A stretch of 64,000 bases of DNA, from the NCBI GenBank assembly GCA_038087875.1, contig CM075989.1, positions 1,674,001-1,738,000 of the forward strand, given 5' to 3'. Shown in pieces: positions 38,539 to 51,191 of this stretch; position 1 is the first letter of the stretch; the number at the start of each line of letters is the position of its first letter. The notes beneath the pieces were generated by a model. The model saw only the letters and a program-made list of their open reading frames with translations. It had not been told where the DNA came from and made no database searches. Source of the DNA: Malacoraja senta (taxonomy: Eukaryota). Position numbers and translations under genes: made by a program.

Positions 38539-41500
38539 GATGGCGGCGCGCACGGTCGCAGCGGCTCACGGGTCTCCTTCTCGGTGCTCTTTCTTGTTGT
38601 TCGTGAACGTTTTATTGTCCGTGTACGTCTTCACTATCGGTTCTGCGAACATCCGCTAAACCCGCTACACCCGCCAGAACCTCATGGACATCGGTGACCA
38701 GCATCAGACATCTGTTTCGAGTGTCTTTCATCGCACGCATAACACTCCAGACGACATAGCGAGACCATCGGGCTCCCCGTGGATTGTTGTCGGGTCTAGG
38801 AGGCGGCACAGACGGAGGAGGGAGAGGAAGCAGAAGCGAGGCCGCAGGTCCAGTGTTTTGCTAAGGCTAAGAAAACAACCACATAAGCCACCTCTACCGA
38901 GCCTGTATCTCTCCAATGCCAGATCCCTGGTTCATAAAATGGATGACCTGGAATTACAACTCGCTGGAAATTGATATGTTCGTGACTGCTGTGTTTTGAT
39001 TATCACCGAAACCTGGCTTCACCCGGGAATACCTGATGCTAGCATGCAGCTGGCAGGACGCTTTCTGCTCCGCAGGGACAGGACTATGGACGAGTAGGGG
39101 AGGGGGCCTCTGTATCTACGTGCATGAGAACTGGTGCAACAACGGGACAATCATAGACAAACATTGTTCCCCTGACCTTGAGTACATGTCTGTAGGATGC
39201 CGGCCTTTTTTTCTACCAAGAGAACTAACAGTAGTGATTGTCACGGCTGTGTATATTCCACCCGACGCCAATGTAAACACGGCGCTCTCTCTCCTGCTGA
39301 ACACCATTACCCAACAGCAGCGGGCCCACCCCGAAGGTGTTCACATAATTGCAGGGGACTTTAATAAGGCCAACTTGAAGACTGTACTGCCGAAATTTAA
39401 TCAACATGTCAAGTGTTCTACTAGAGGGGAGAACACGCTGGATCATGTCTACACCAATATCAAGCACGCGTATAGAGCCATTCCCCTCCCCCAACTCGGC
39501 CAGTCAGACCATCTCTCCCTCCTGCTCTCCCCAGCCTACACCCCCCTCAGACGTAGTGCCAGACCCACCATAAAGTCTGTTACAACCTGGCCGGAAAATG
39601 CACTCTCCAAACTACAGGACTGCTTTATACAGACAAACTGGGACATATTCCAACACCAGGATCTGGAAACTTTCACAGGAACGGTACTGAACTATATCAA
39701 GTTCTGCATCGGAAACGTGACTGTGGACAAAAACATTCGGGTTTTCCCAAACCAGGAACCCTGGATGTCCAGCCAGGTCCGCACACTCCTCAGAGCCCGT
39801 GATGCTGCCTTCAGGTCAGCTGTACAGGGCTGCTCGAGCCCATCTGGAAAGTGGAATTAAAAAAGCCAAGGCGGACCATAGGAGGAGCATAGAGTCCCAC
39901 CTGTCCAGCAATAATACACGGGAGGTATGGCGGGGCATACAAGACATCACAAACTACAGAGGCTGTGCCACAACGACAGAAGACCTGAGTGCGCCGCTGG
40001 CAGAGAAGCTAAATTGCTTCTTTTCCTGCTTTGAAACATCACAACAGCAGCACCCATCTGCTACAGCCCTGCTCCCACCCTCACCTGGCTCCTGTACTAC
40101 TCCACTCACTGTAAGGGAGAACGATGTCAGACGGGTGCTCCTGGCAGTGAACCCCAAGAAGGCTACCGGCCCGGATGGAGTGCCTGGTAGGGTGCTTAAA
40201 GCGTGTGCCCACCAGCTCACTGGCATCTTCACCAGAATCTTCAACCTCTCCCTGGACCAGGCAGTTATCCCGTCCTGCCTAAAATCAGCCACAATCGTCC
40301 CAGTGCCGAAGAAGTCTCCCATCACCAGCCTAAATGATTACCGTCCCGTGGCTCTCACTCCGGTAATCATGAAGTGCTTCGAGAGATTGGTCCTCCAGCA
40401 CATCAAGGACTATCTTCAGATACCCATGGCTATCTGGACTACACTTCTTCCCACCCTGCTTCCTGTAAGGACTCCATCCCCCACTCCCAATTCCTCCGTC
40501 TACGCCGCATCTGCTCCCAGGATGAGGCGTTCCACACCAGGGCATCTGAAATGTCCTCATTCTTCAGGGAACGGGGGTTCCCCTCCACCACCATAGATGA
40601 GGCTCGCACCAGGGTCTCTGCCATACCCCGCAACACTGCTCTCTCTCCCCATCCCCCCACTCACAACAAAGGCAGAGTCCCCCTAGTCCTCACCTTTCAC
40701 CCCACCAGCCGTCACATACAACAAGTGATCCTCCGTCAGTTTCGCCACCTCCAACGTGACCCCACCACTCGCCACATCTTCCCATCTCCCCCCCATGTCT
40801 GCCTTCCGCAAAGACCGCTCCCTCCGTAACTCCCTTGTCAATTCTTCCCTTCCCTCCCATACCACCCCCTCCCCTGGTACTTTCCCTTGCAACCGCAAGA
40901 GATGCAACACTTATCCCTTCACCTCCCCCCTCCACTCCATTCAAGGACCCAAGCAGTCGTTCCAGGTGCGACAGAGGTTCACCTGCATCTCCTCCAACCT
41001 CATCTATTGCATCCGCTGCCCTAGATGCCAGCTGATCTACATCGGTGAGACCAAGCGGAGGCTTGGCGATCGTTTCGCCGAACACCTCCGGTCGGTCCGC
41101 AATAACCAACCTGAACTCCCGGTGGCTCAGCACTTCAACTCCCCCTCCCATTCCGTATCTGACCTCTCTGTCCTGGGTCTCCTCCATGGCCACAGCGAGC
41201 AACACCGTAAATTGGAGGAAATGCACCTCATATTCCGCTTGGGCAGTCTACATCCTGGTGGCCTGAACATTGAATTCTCCCAATTCTGCTAGCCCTTGCT
41301 GTCCCCTCCCCTTCATCAGCCATCTGGTTGTCTCCTCCCCTCCCCCAGCCCTCGGGCTCCTCCTCCGCCTTTTTCCTTTTTTCCTTTCTTCTCCCCACCC
41401 CCTATCAGTCTGAAGAAGGGTTTCGGCCCGAAACGTTGCCTATTTCCTTCGCTCCATAGATGCTGCTGCACCCGCTGAGTTTCTCCAGCATTTTTGTGTA

Positions 41501-42851
41501 CCTAAGGACTATCTCCCTCCAGACTTCGACCCTCACCAATTTGCCTATCGCCCAAACAGATCCACAGAAGACGCCATCACCGTAGCTCTCCACTCTGTGC
41601 TGAGCCACCTGGAGCAGGGGCAGAGCTACGTCCGGATGCTCTTTGTGAATTACAGCTCAGCTTTCAATACTATCATTCCGCACATTCTCATCGACAAACT
41701 GGTCACTCTCGGCCTCCCCACTCTCACATGTGCCTGGATAAAGGACTTCCTCACCAACCGGCCCCAGACTGTGAGACTCGGCCCCCACCTCTCCTCCACT
41801 CGCACGTTGAGTACCAGCTCCCCACAGGGCTGTGTGCTAAGCCCCCTCCTATACTGTCCCTACACCCACGACTGTAGTCCGGCCCATAACAACAACCGCA
41901 TCGTCAAGTTTGCTGACGACACTACAGTAGTCGGACTCATCTCAAGGGGAGACGAGGCAGCCTATAGAGAGGAAGTCCTGAAGTTGACAGCCTGGTGCTC
42001 AGAAAACAACTTGGCTCTGAACACCAAGAAAACAAAAGAGCTCATTGTCGACTTCAGGAGGCACAGCACCGACTTAGCCCCCCTATACATCAACGGCAAG
42101 TGTGTGGAGAGGGTCTACACCTTCCGGTTTCTCAGCGTCCTCATCTCCGCTGACATCTCCTGGACAGACAACATCACAGCGGTCATCAAGAGGGTCCTCA
42201 GGAAGTACAACCTGGACTCCAACCTGCTGCTGACCTTCTACCGCTCGTCCATTGAGAGCCTGCTGACATACTGCATTACGGCAGCTGCACCATGGCAGAC
42301 AGGGAGAGGCTTCAGAGGGTAGTTAGGGCAGCACAGAAGATCATTGGCTGCCCTCTCCCCTCCCTGATGGACATTTACACCTCCCGCTGCCTCAGCAGGG
42401 TGAAGAACATCATCAAGGACAGCTCCCATCCTGTGTTTGGCCTGTTCGACCTGCTGCCCTCAGGGAGGCGCTATAGGTGCATCAGAACAAGGCCAAATAG
42501 ACTCAAGAACAGTTGCTTTACAAAAGCCATAACCTCTCTGAACTCACACATGCACTGACTTCACAGCTTAACCCCAGGACTTCCATCTATCCACCTACTG
42601 TAATTTGTACTGTAACTGTAATTTTTAATATGTGCAATAACCCATACTGTATATAGGAATCCTATTTATTCACTCTATTTACCCATTGTCTTTTTATAGA
42701 TATGTATATAGCGCCGCAGAACTGTGCACCTTATCCGCACCCCCCCCCCTTTTTTTTTTTTTTTTTAACTAATTACATGTCTGCACTGAGTACGAGCTGC
42801 TTTTAATCTCATTGTACATGTGTATAGTGACAATAAAATGGCATTCATTCA
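38539..42851 (+). mobile_element. Near full-length Rex1/Babar LINE (APE endonuclease + RT, frameshifted)
   Basis: 5' [80 protein letters not shown]; (CATT)n tail. Confidence 0.92.
40416..41503 (+). mobile_element. Penelope-like element 3' part inserted in Rex1
   Basis: ORF 40756-41292 is GIY-YIG; hammerhead-like motif at 41410; 11-bp TSD AAGGACTATCT (40405, 41504). Confidence 0.92.
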
Positions 42852-42908
42852 TTATGCTGCTGGCCTTGCCAAGGCAGCGTGAGGTATAAATAGAGTCAAT
42901 GGAAGTAA

Positions 42909-43152
42909 GACACAAGATGCTGGAGTAACTCAGCGGGACAGGCAGCGTCTCTGGAGAGAAGGAATGGGTGACGTTTCGGGGTCAAGACCCTTCTTCAGAC
43001 AAGATGTCTTGATTAATCTGAAGAAGGGTCTTGACCTGAAACGTCACCCATTCCTTCTCTCCAGCGATGCTGCCTGTCCTGCTGAGTTAGTTACTCCAGC
43101 ATTTTGTGTCTATCTTTGATTTAAACCAGCATCTGCAGATCTTTCTTGCACA
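42909..43152. mobile_element. Palindromic mini-Penelope (two inverted hammerhead-bearing ends)
   Basis: Inverted arms of ~90 bp; 13-bp TSD TCAATGGAAGTAA. Confidence 0.85.
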
Positions 43153-43491
43153 TCAATGGAAGTAATGTTAGTTTGTGTGATGGTCTGGGCTGCATCCACA
43201 ATTCTCTGCATTTTTTTGTGGTCTTGGATGACCTTTGGATAGGATAGGAAAGCTTCAGAGGGATCAGGGTGAAATGTAGACAATGGAACCATCTTAGATG
43301 GGCACTTGGTCAGCCTGAACTAGTTGAGCCGTAGGGGCTGTTTCCATGCTGTGGCCCTAAGATTCAGGAATGTCCCTGGTCATTTAGGATCAGTTCACAG
43401 ATCTTGGGAGCCATCTCTCGGCAATGACAAATATAATTGACGAAAGCAACCGCTCTTTCAGGGCAGCCTTTAACCATATGGGGCATCTGGA

Positions 43492-43750
43492 GTGGCGCAG
43501 TGGCACAGCTGGTAGAGCTGCTGCCTCACAGTGCCAGAGACATGGGTTTGATGCTGACCTTAGTGTGGAACTTCTGTGTGGAGTTTGCATGTATTCCCTG
43601 TGGCCGTTTCCACTTGGTGCTTTGGTTTGCTCCCATATCCCAAAGACGTGCGGGTTTGTAGGTTAATTGACGCGCTGTAAATTGTCTCCAGTGTGTACGG
43701 AGTGGATGGGAAAGTGGGATGTATCCATGCTGTGTCACTAAACTACACCA
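43492..43750 (+). mobile_element. Diverged HE1-like SINE
   Basis: Head and body similarity. Confidence 0.7.
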
Positions 43751-44284
43751 AATACATTTGAAGACAAAGATCTCAACATTTCCATCGAGCTCAGCTGTTC
43801 TGCCACCCTCTTGTAAGATTTGTACATATGAACAATCCACCCTAAAGTGCTGGAAAACGCTCCCTCTGGACAATGCTGGCACGATAGTTCATGTTCATGT
43901 ACAAAATATAGGTGCAGAATTAGGCCCATCAGGTCTACTCTGCCGTTCAATCATAGAAAATAGGCGCAGGAGGAGGCCATTTGGCCCTTCAGGGTCATGG
44001 CTGATCTACCTTTTCCTCTCAACCCCATTAATCTAATCTCGCCATAACCTCTGACACCTGTACTAACCAAGAATCTGTCAATCTCCGCCTTAGAAATATC
44101 CATTGACTTGGCCTCCACAGCCGCCTGTGGCAATGAATCCCACAGCGCCAGAGACCCGGGTTCGACTTGGCTATGGGAATTGTAATCACATCAGCCATGA
44201 TCTGAATGTTTGGGGAATCGAGCAGCCTTCTCTTGGTTCGACATGATGTCAGCAGACAGTTGACTATTTCAACTTATTTGCAGG

Positions 44285-44457
44285 ACTTCTTATCGAGTCC
44301 ACACACAACATTAGAAGTGATTCAGCCAGAGCTGAGCACACTTCTCGGCATCTGCATACAATGGTGTGTGTCTTCTTGCTTCTTGTGCTTCTAGTGCGTG
44401 GTGGTGGAAAGATTGGTGGAAACAGGGCCCCGACGTGAACGCTCTTTCCATGACCCC
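44285..44457 (-). mobile_element. 173-bp non-autonomous retroposon with HDV-like ribozyme head (copy B)
   Basis: 9-bp TSD ATTTGCAGG (44276, 44458); homologous to 50229-50403. Confidence 0.85.
44405..44457 (-). ncRNA. Predicted minimal HDV-like self-cleaving ribozyme
   Basis: GGGGTC-A-TGGAAAGA-GCG-TTCACGT-CGG-GGCCCT-G-TTTCCA-CCAA-TCTTTCCA maps to P1, P2, P3/L3, P1', J4/2 and P2'. Folded by eye; activity untested. Confidence 0.7.
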
Positions 44458-45479
44458 ATTTGCAGGTTAGTACCTATAATTGGAGAATTCAATGTTCATG
44501 CTGTTAGATTGTAAACTACCTAAGATTTACAAGGAAGTTTGAGCTATATTGGATGGATAGGCTGGGGTGTAGGAAGCTGAGAGGTGACGTTATGGAGGTT
44601 ATAAAATCATGAAGGGCATGAATGAGACGAGTAGCTAGTCTTTTCCCAAGGGTCGGGGGATAAAACTGGAAGGCAAAGGTTTAAGGTGGATGAAAATTTG
44701 TTTTTAAAAAAAAGTACGACTTGGAGAATTTTTTAATGATTTAAAACTGTATTAAAGAGGCAACTGCGATGCTTCCTTTTACTTTATGTTTCTTAAACAT
44801 GCTGATTGGTGATGCTTGCATCTTGCAGAGTGTGGGATAGATCACACACTGGGGCTGTTAAAGTTTGCAGCTTGTGGGAATCAAGGTAAGACCTGCTCTC
44901 ATGTAAACCACTCGCTCATTAAAATCCACCCATCTCATTAAAATCCCCAGCTCCTCGGGACCCACTACATCCATTAGGCACATTAGAGGCCGGTGTGTGC
45001 GGAAGCCCTGTGCATACAAATAAGCTGACGGGATTTTAAACAAGTGTTCACACACGCTCACTTCACACGCTGCTGAGTTGGCAGAAATAGAAAGCAGATG
45101 TTTATACATTTAGCAACCTGCAGTCTCAGTCTCGGCTGGAGCCAGCGGCAGATGCGAATCAGAGGTATCTGTGGCAGCAGCAACTCCAGCTGGGTGCGAT
45201 GTTGGAGGCAGACAGTTGGAGCCCGTTCCCACTGTGCGGTGAGCATGCATTGTGAGAGCTTCACCCCTCTGGTCATCTCAGCGAGACCTTGTAAGGTCAG
45301 TACCTCTCCACATGTTTCTGCAGCCACCAGCAGCGCAGGTAATGTGCAGCTTTGGATGAAACATGATGGGATGGGCCCAGCTTAGATGCTGAGTGATCAC
45401 TGCTGCAGCCAACAATGCAGAGACAGCACTCGGAGTCTGAAACCCTACTCCACTTCAGACCCCATTGACTTATGTTTGG

Positions 45480-45870
45480 TGAGGGGGGACCTCATTGAAA
45501 CTTATCAAATAGTGAAAGGCCTGGATTGAGTGGATGTAGAGAGGATGTTTCCACTCATGGGAGAGTCTAGGACCAGAGGCCATAGCCACAGAATTAAAGG
45601 ATGTTCCTCTAGAAAGGAGATAAGGAGGAATTTCTTTAGTCAGAGTGTGGTGAATCTGTGGAATTCATCGCCACAGAAGGCTGTGGAGTTTAAGTCAATG
45701 GATATGTTTAAGGCAGAAATAGAAAGATTCTTGATTAGTACAGGTGGCTGGTGTTATGGGAAGAAGGTAGGAGAATGGGATTGACAGGGAGAGATAGATC
45801 AGCCATGATCGAATGGCGGAGTAGACTTGATGGGCCGAATGGTCTCATTCTGCTCCTATCACTTATGACC
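45480..45870 (+). mobile_element. CR1 3' fragment
   Basis: DVERMFPLMGESRTRGH..FFSQSVVNLWNS. Confidence 0.85.
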
Positions 45871-46284
45871 ACAAAGCTCTTTACTGTCTGACACAGGCAG
45901 GAGTTTGGTGTGAGTGAGCCACGGGCTCCTCATGTTAAATCATCCATTCCATTCCATGCCCCATAAAAAATCTCACCATCACTTCATCCTGATCTACCAC
46001 CCAATTCTCGATTAACATTTCTTCCCAATCCTCAACACATTGCTCTGGCCTTTGGGTTCATGGGACTTTCTCTAACATTCCTTTACTCTCTAGCGCTGAC
46101 TGAGCTTGTCTAGCCTTCCCAGTGTAGTGCTCATGGCTCCCACTGCCAGACCCTGGTGAAGATGAGTACACGACCATACCACCCCGATCACATGCCGTGA
46201 TCAACGTCACTAACCATCACCTTGTTTTGTCATCATCCTTTGGAAAAGAAAGTCTTCAGCAAAGTCCTTCCCTATGGCTCCTTG

Positions 46285-46640
46285 TTTAGTTTAGGTTAGT
46301 CTAGGTTAGTTTAGTTTAGTTTAGTTTAGTCTAGGTTAGTTTAGTTTAGTTTAGTCTAGGTTAGTTTAGTTTAGTTTAGTTTAGTTTAGTTTAGGTTAGG
46401 TCAGTTTAAGATAGTTTAGTTTTGAGATGCTGCGCGGAAACAGGCCCTTCGGCCCACGGACTCTGCGCCAACCAGCAATCGCCCCATACGCTAGCACTTT
46501 ACAATTATACCAAGCCAATTAAGTGGGGAATTTTAAAGTGCAGGAGGAAATCGGACAGGTCACAGGGAGAATGTACAAACAAGACCTGTAGTCAGGATCG
46601 AACCCTGGTCTCAAGCGCTGTTAGGCAACATCTCCACCAC
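46285..46640 (-). mobile_element. Deleted HE1-like SINE with expanded (TTTAG)n tail (46285-46422)
   Basis: Pentamer array adjoins the SINE 3' end. Confidence 0.8.
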
Positions 46641-46865
46641 GTGAGTAGATTTGAGTCACAAACAACCCACACCAGGTAAAGATGGCAGATCTCCTTTCCT
46701 GCGGGATAATTAAGCAGATTGTTCTTTTGAATTTTTTCTGATTTCTTTTGAGAACAATCCCGTTGAGCCTCCATTTATTTAATTTATTCCATTTACATTT
46801 GTTGTTGTCCCATTCTCCTCCCCCACCTCCCGCAGTCTCCAACTCATTGGGGCCACCCAACAGTA

Positions 46866-47565
46866 GTTTCATTTTGTTTGGTTTAGGGGTACAGCACGGA
46901 AACAGGCCCTTCGGCCCACCCAGTCTGTGCTGACCAGCGATCCCCTCACACTAACGCTATCCAACACACACTAGTGACAATTTACACTTATACCAAGCCA
47001 ATTAATCTACAAACCTGTACGTCTTTGGAGTGTGGAAGGAAATCGAAGATCTCGGAGAAAACCTACGCAGGTCATGGGGAGAACGTACAAACTCTGTACA
47101 GACAGCACCCGTAGTCAGGATCGAACTGGAGTCTCTGGTGCTGTAAAGCCCCTGTCCCACTTAGGAGACCTGAACAGCAACCTCTGGTGACCTTGCCCGC
47201 CACCCAAGGTTTCCATGAGGTCACCGGAGGTTTTGGTCACTCTCCCTAATGGTCGAAAGTGGTTTCCGCGTGGTCGAGGCTTCATCTAGGTTGCTGCTAT
47301 TTTTTCGTCATGTTTAAAACCGGCCTCGACTAAAAATAGGTTGCCGTTTTAAAAATTGATTATTTTTTAATCGCAGGTCTAGTCGAAGCGGTTTTCTTCA
47401 TAGTCGAGGAAGGTTTTCAACATATGCGTGGGAGGTGGTAGGAGGTTGCAGGTTACCTTGACCTTGATTTCTTTTGGGTGGCGGGCAAGGTCACCAGAGG
47501 TTGCTGTGTAGGTCCCCTAAGTGGGACAGGGGCTTTAAGGCAGCAACTCTACCGCTGTGCCACCC
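46866..47565 (-). mobile_element. HE1-like SINE split by a Harbinger MITE
   Basis: Halves rejoin as GCTGTAA|GGCAGCAACTC. Confidence 0.85.
47147..47535. mobile_element. PIF/Harbinger MITE
   Basis: Long TIR AGCCCCTGTCCCACTTAGG..; TAA duplicated at the flanks. Confidence 0.88.
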
Positions 47566-48529
47566 TACAACTTATGTCCAGCATTAGGCTTTCCTCACTG
47601 CAGAAGATTGCCAGTGGCAGAAGAATCACAATGGGATGGCTTCCATTTTGTTGATTATAAGAACCATTAGTGCTGAGCCTCCCATTAAGCTCTCTGTGCA
47701 GACCATTGTGCCAAACGCATGTGCCAATTAATGCAGCCTTGCAGTGTTTATGGTGGCCCAGTGCCATCCATCACTGAGCCATGTCCTACTGCCATCCTGT
47801 GTATAAATAATCAGGGCTGTGTGTGCCAACTATCGTACTTCAGTGTGGCATTAATAGTGCCCAGTCTACCAATTATTACAAATCCATGTACCAATTATCA
47901 CAGTTCCATATGCCTATTGTTGCAGCCCAGCCTACCAATTATCACGGCTCTGTTTGCCAATTATCACAGCAGTGCATAAACCATTCTGCACATCTGTGTC
48001 TGGGACCGTTCCTTGTTATTGAGCCCTAATACATTGGGCCAACACCGACGGGAGCCAGCAGAGGGAGGCAGCAGAAAGGCAAGGAGAGATTACACTGGAG
48101 GACAGAAATGAAACCATTACATTTTTGTTCTTTGACAAATTCTCTGCTTGAAGTTTCCCCCATATGAAATAATTGGTGTCAGTTTGGGTGAATTATTGTA
48201 CAATCATGACTAGTGCAGGCTCTTGGGCAAGGAGTCAATAGGTGATTTCTTGAGGTTTCCACTAAGTTGCTTGGTGATTGTCCATTGCCACTTTGAACTT
48301 CAAATGTAGGCATTTGAATTGCATTGGATGTGAAAAATCCTAAAGAGCTGTTGTATTTTGTCTGTGCACTGGCTGTACCTCTGCCTGGTGATGTATAGCT
48401 GACTAGGAAGATACCCAGAAAGGCAACCAGTGGTGAAGGCTTCCATTAGATGGAGGTCTCAGATGGCGATAGACAATTTCCCATGCTACCCATTCTCCCA
48501 CATTGAGGGGATTACAAACAGGATTACCT

Positions 48530-49437
48530 GGGCGGCACAGTGGCACAGCGGTAGAGTTGCTGCCTTAAAGGCCTGTCTCACGAGTCTGCGGTCATTGGCG
48601 GCGAAACGGGAAGAATCTGCCGCCATAGAACGTGGGAACGTACAATTCCGGGGCCTTGCGGCGGTGTTCCCAACACCGCACGGTGCTAAAATAAAACCGA
48701 CAATGTTGAAAACTATAATCTTACCGCACAACCTCCACCAGTGATGCACGAGTGCGGCATGGCCGCCCGCACGGGCCGCCGCCAGTGTGGCTCGAGCGCC
48801 ATGCGTCAAACCTCCACTGCCACAGCCTCCGCCAGTGAGGCACGTGCCTCCGCCAGTGAGGCACGTGTGCGGCACGTCCGCAGGCACAGCCACCGCTACA
48901 GCGCCGCGATCAGGACGGCCGCCGCCACAGCCGCCGCTAGTGAGTCACGTGCGGCGGGCCGACGTCATCGCAGTCGGCCCGCCCTTTTTTTTACTTACCG
49001 CAAGCATGTGGGACCCACCGTGTTTGAATTACTCGGCCCCCGCGCAGCATCCGTGCGGCGCTCCAGTGGATAGGCTCGGCGCTCTCGCCGTTGCCGTGCG
49101 GTCCCCGCTACCGGCAACGCCGCGCTTCACCGCCGATGACCGCAAACAGGTAAGACAGAGCCTTTACAGCGCCAGACACCTGGGTTCAATCCTTACTATG
49201 GGTGCTGCCTGCACAGAGTTTGTACGTTCTCCCCGTGATCTTGTGGGTATTCTCCGGATGCTCCGGTTCCCTCCCACACTCCAAAAGACATGCAGGTTTG
49301 TAGATTAATTGGATTTGGTAAAATTGTAAATTGGCCCTAGTGTGTGGGATAGTGCTAGTGTACGGGGATTGCTGGTTGGCACGGACTCGGTGGGTCAAAG
49401 GGCACGTTTTCTGCACAGTATCTCTCAACTAAACTAA
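48530..49437 (+). mobile_element. HE1-like SINE split by a Harbinger MITE
   Basis: Halves rejoin as GCTGCCTTA|CAGCGCC. Confidence 0.85.
48568..49163. mobile_element. PIF/Harbinger-like GC-rich MITE
   Basis: Imperfect ~38-bp TIR (AAGGCCTGTCTCAC..GCGGTCATTGGCGGCGAA); TSD TTA. Confidence 0.8.
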
Positions 49438-50228
49438 AGATCTATGCAATTTCTCAATCTGCATAGGAACAGAGGTGGAACTGAGGAACACACAGGAGAC
49501 AGCCGATACTGGAGTCTGGAGCAAGCAACAAACTGTTGGAGGAAACCAACTGGTTGGGCAGTATCTGTGAAGACAAAGCGATAGTCGACCTTTCAGTTTG
49601 GGACCCTTCAGCTGGATGGCAATGAAGGAAATTCTTGAACTAAACATCATCATAACACAAAAGATGCAGTTAACATAATGGTACAGTTACTCCTGTAGGT
49701 ATGTATGCTCTCATCTCTAAGTCTGATGAATCTGCTTCAAGTCCCTCTTCAAACAAGGCTGAGTGAGGGGAAGAAAAGATTTGCACTGGTGCATGTTAAA
49801 GTTGGGACCCGTCTGCTCTCAGCTTGTGCAGGCAATTATCTCCATATCCAGATTAATATTTACTTTTCATTCAACATTTCAGAAACAGGTCAATATCTGT
49901 CTGAGAAGGGTCTCGACCCGAAATGTCACCCATTCCTTCCCTCCAGAGATGCTGCCTGTCCCACTGAGTTACTCCAGCTGTTTGTGTCTATCTTCAATAT
50001 CCTTCCGATGTTTACAGACATCTGCATTGCCCACATTCTTGTTGGATGCATGGCAGTTCGGCAGGTCCTCAATAACCCTCACCAACTTCCACAGATGTGT
50101 TAGGAACAACTCCATCCAATACCGCAAGACATTGCAGAGAATTGTGGACACAGCCCAGACCATCACACAAACCAATCTCCCATCCATTGAATCAATCTAC
50201 ACTTCATGCTGCCTCAGCAAGTCCAGCA

Positions 50229-50403
50229 GGGTCAAGGAAAGAGCATTCACGTCGTGGCCCTGTTTCCACCAATCTTTCCACCACCAAGCACGAGAAGCAC
50301 AAGAAGAGACAAGACAAACACCAAAGTATGCAGATGTCGAGACGTGTGTTCAGCTCTGGCTGAACAATTACTAATCTTGTGTGTGGACTCGATAAGAAGA
50401 AGA
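50229..50403 (+). mobile_element. Non-autonomous retroposon with HDV-like ribozyme head (copy A)
   Basis: GGGTCAAGGAAAGAGCATTCACGTCGTGGCCCTGTTTCCACCAATCTTTCCA head; (GAA)n tail; TSD AGCAAGTCCAGCA (50216, 50404). Confidence 0.85.
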
Positions 50404-50768
50404 AGCAAGTCCAGCAGCATAATGAAGGACCAGTCTCACCCATATTACTGCCTCCTCTCCTCTCCTCTCCCATCAGGCAAGAGGTAGTGTGAAAATGCAT
50501 ACCTCCAGATTCAGGAGCAGTTTCTTTCCAGCTGTTATCAGGCAACTGAATAGCCCTCTCACCAACGAGTTCGTGGTCCTGACTTCCCATCCACCCCATT
50601 GGAGACTTTCGAACAATCTTTAATCAACATTTATTGGCCTATATCTTGCATTAACGATATCCTGTATCTGTGCACTGTGGACGGCTTGATTATAACCATG
50701 TATAGTCTTTTCCTGGCTGGATACTACACAACGAATAAAGCGTTTCAGTGTACCTTGGTACATGTGAT

Positions 50769-50927
50769 CTTCTTCTTCTTGCGAATGAAACATAAAGCAA
50801 AGGAATAGTTGGATCTCAAGCCAGGTGTTGAGCAGCCAGGTTATTGTCTCTGCGTCAATGTCTGCCAGGCCCTGAGCTCCATTTGGTGGGTGGTAGAGCG
50901 GGCACCCAGAGATGACATGGTTGGCTG
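50769..50927 (-). mobile_element. Second Vingi/Ingi-like 3' end
   Basis: ANHVISGCPLYHPPNGAQGLADIDAETITWL; (GAA)n tail; ACA(T/C)GTGAT duplicated. Confidence 0.7.
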
Positions 50928-51191
50928 ACACGTGATAATAATAAACTAAACTAGATTTTGAGGGAGCTCAGGATGTGGCAGAACATTTGTCACATAATTC
51001 AGTGGCAACCATAGACCACAGAGACTATTGTATCTCTTGAAAGAACATTTGCTTTGCCTATTTCCACTACCCTTTTCGAATTTTCCTGCAATTTCTTTTC
51101 TGTTCAAAAGGAATATTGTAGTTAATGTGGGCAACACATTGACACTGCTAGTGGAACTGCAGCTCCATTTATCCATCTGCCCAGGTACAAT

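Larger units (their letters stand above)
38170..43230 (-). mobile_element. Rex1-like 3' fragment hosting the full-length Rex1 and a palindromic Penelope piece
   Basis: Rejoins as CATCCTTGA|TTATGCTGCTGGCC across 38539-42851. Confidence 0.7.
50030..50950 (+). mobile_element. Rex1-like 3' fragment with two insertions
   Basis: RKTLQRIVDTAQTITQTNLPSIESIY; CTAAA tail. Confidence 0.75.

Noticed and set aside
46285..46422. Interstitial telomeric repeat
   Set aside because: Units are TTTAG/TTAGG SINE-tail pentamers, not TTAGGG.
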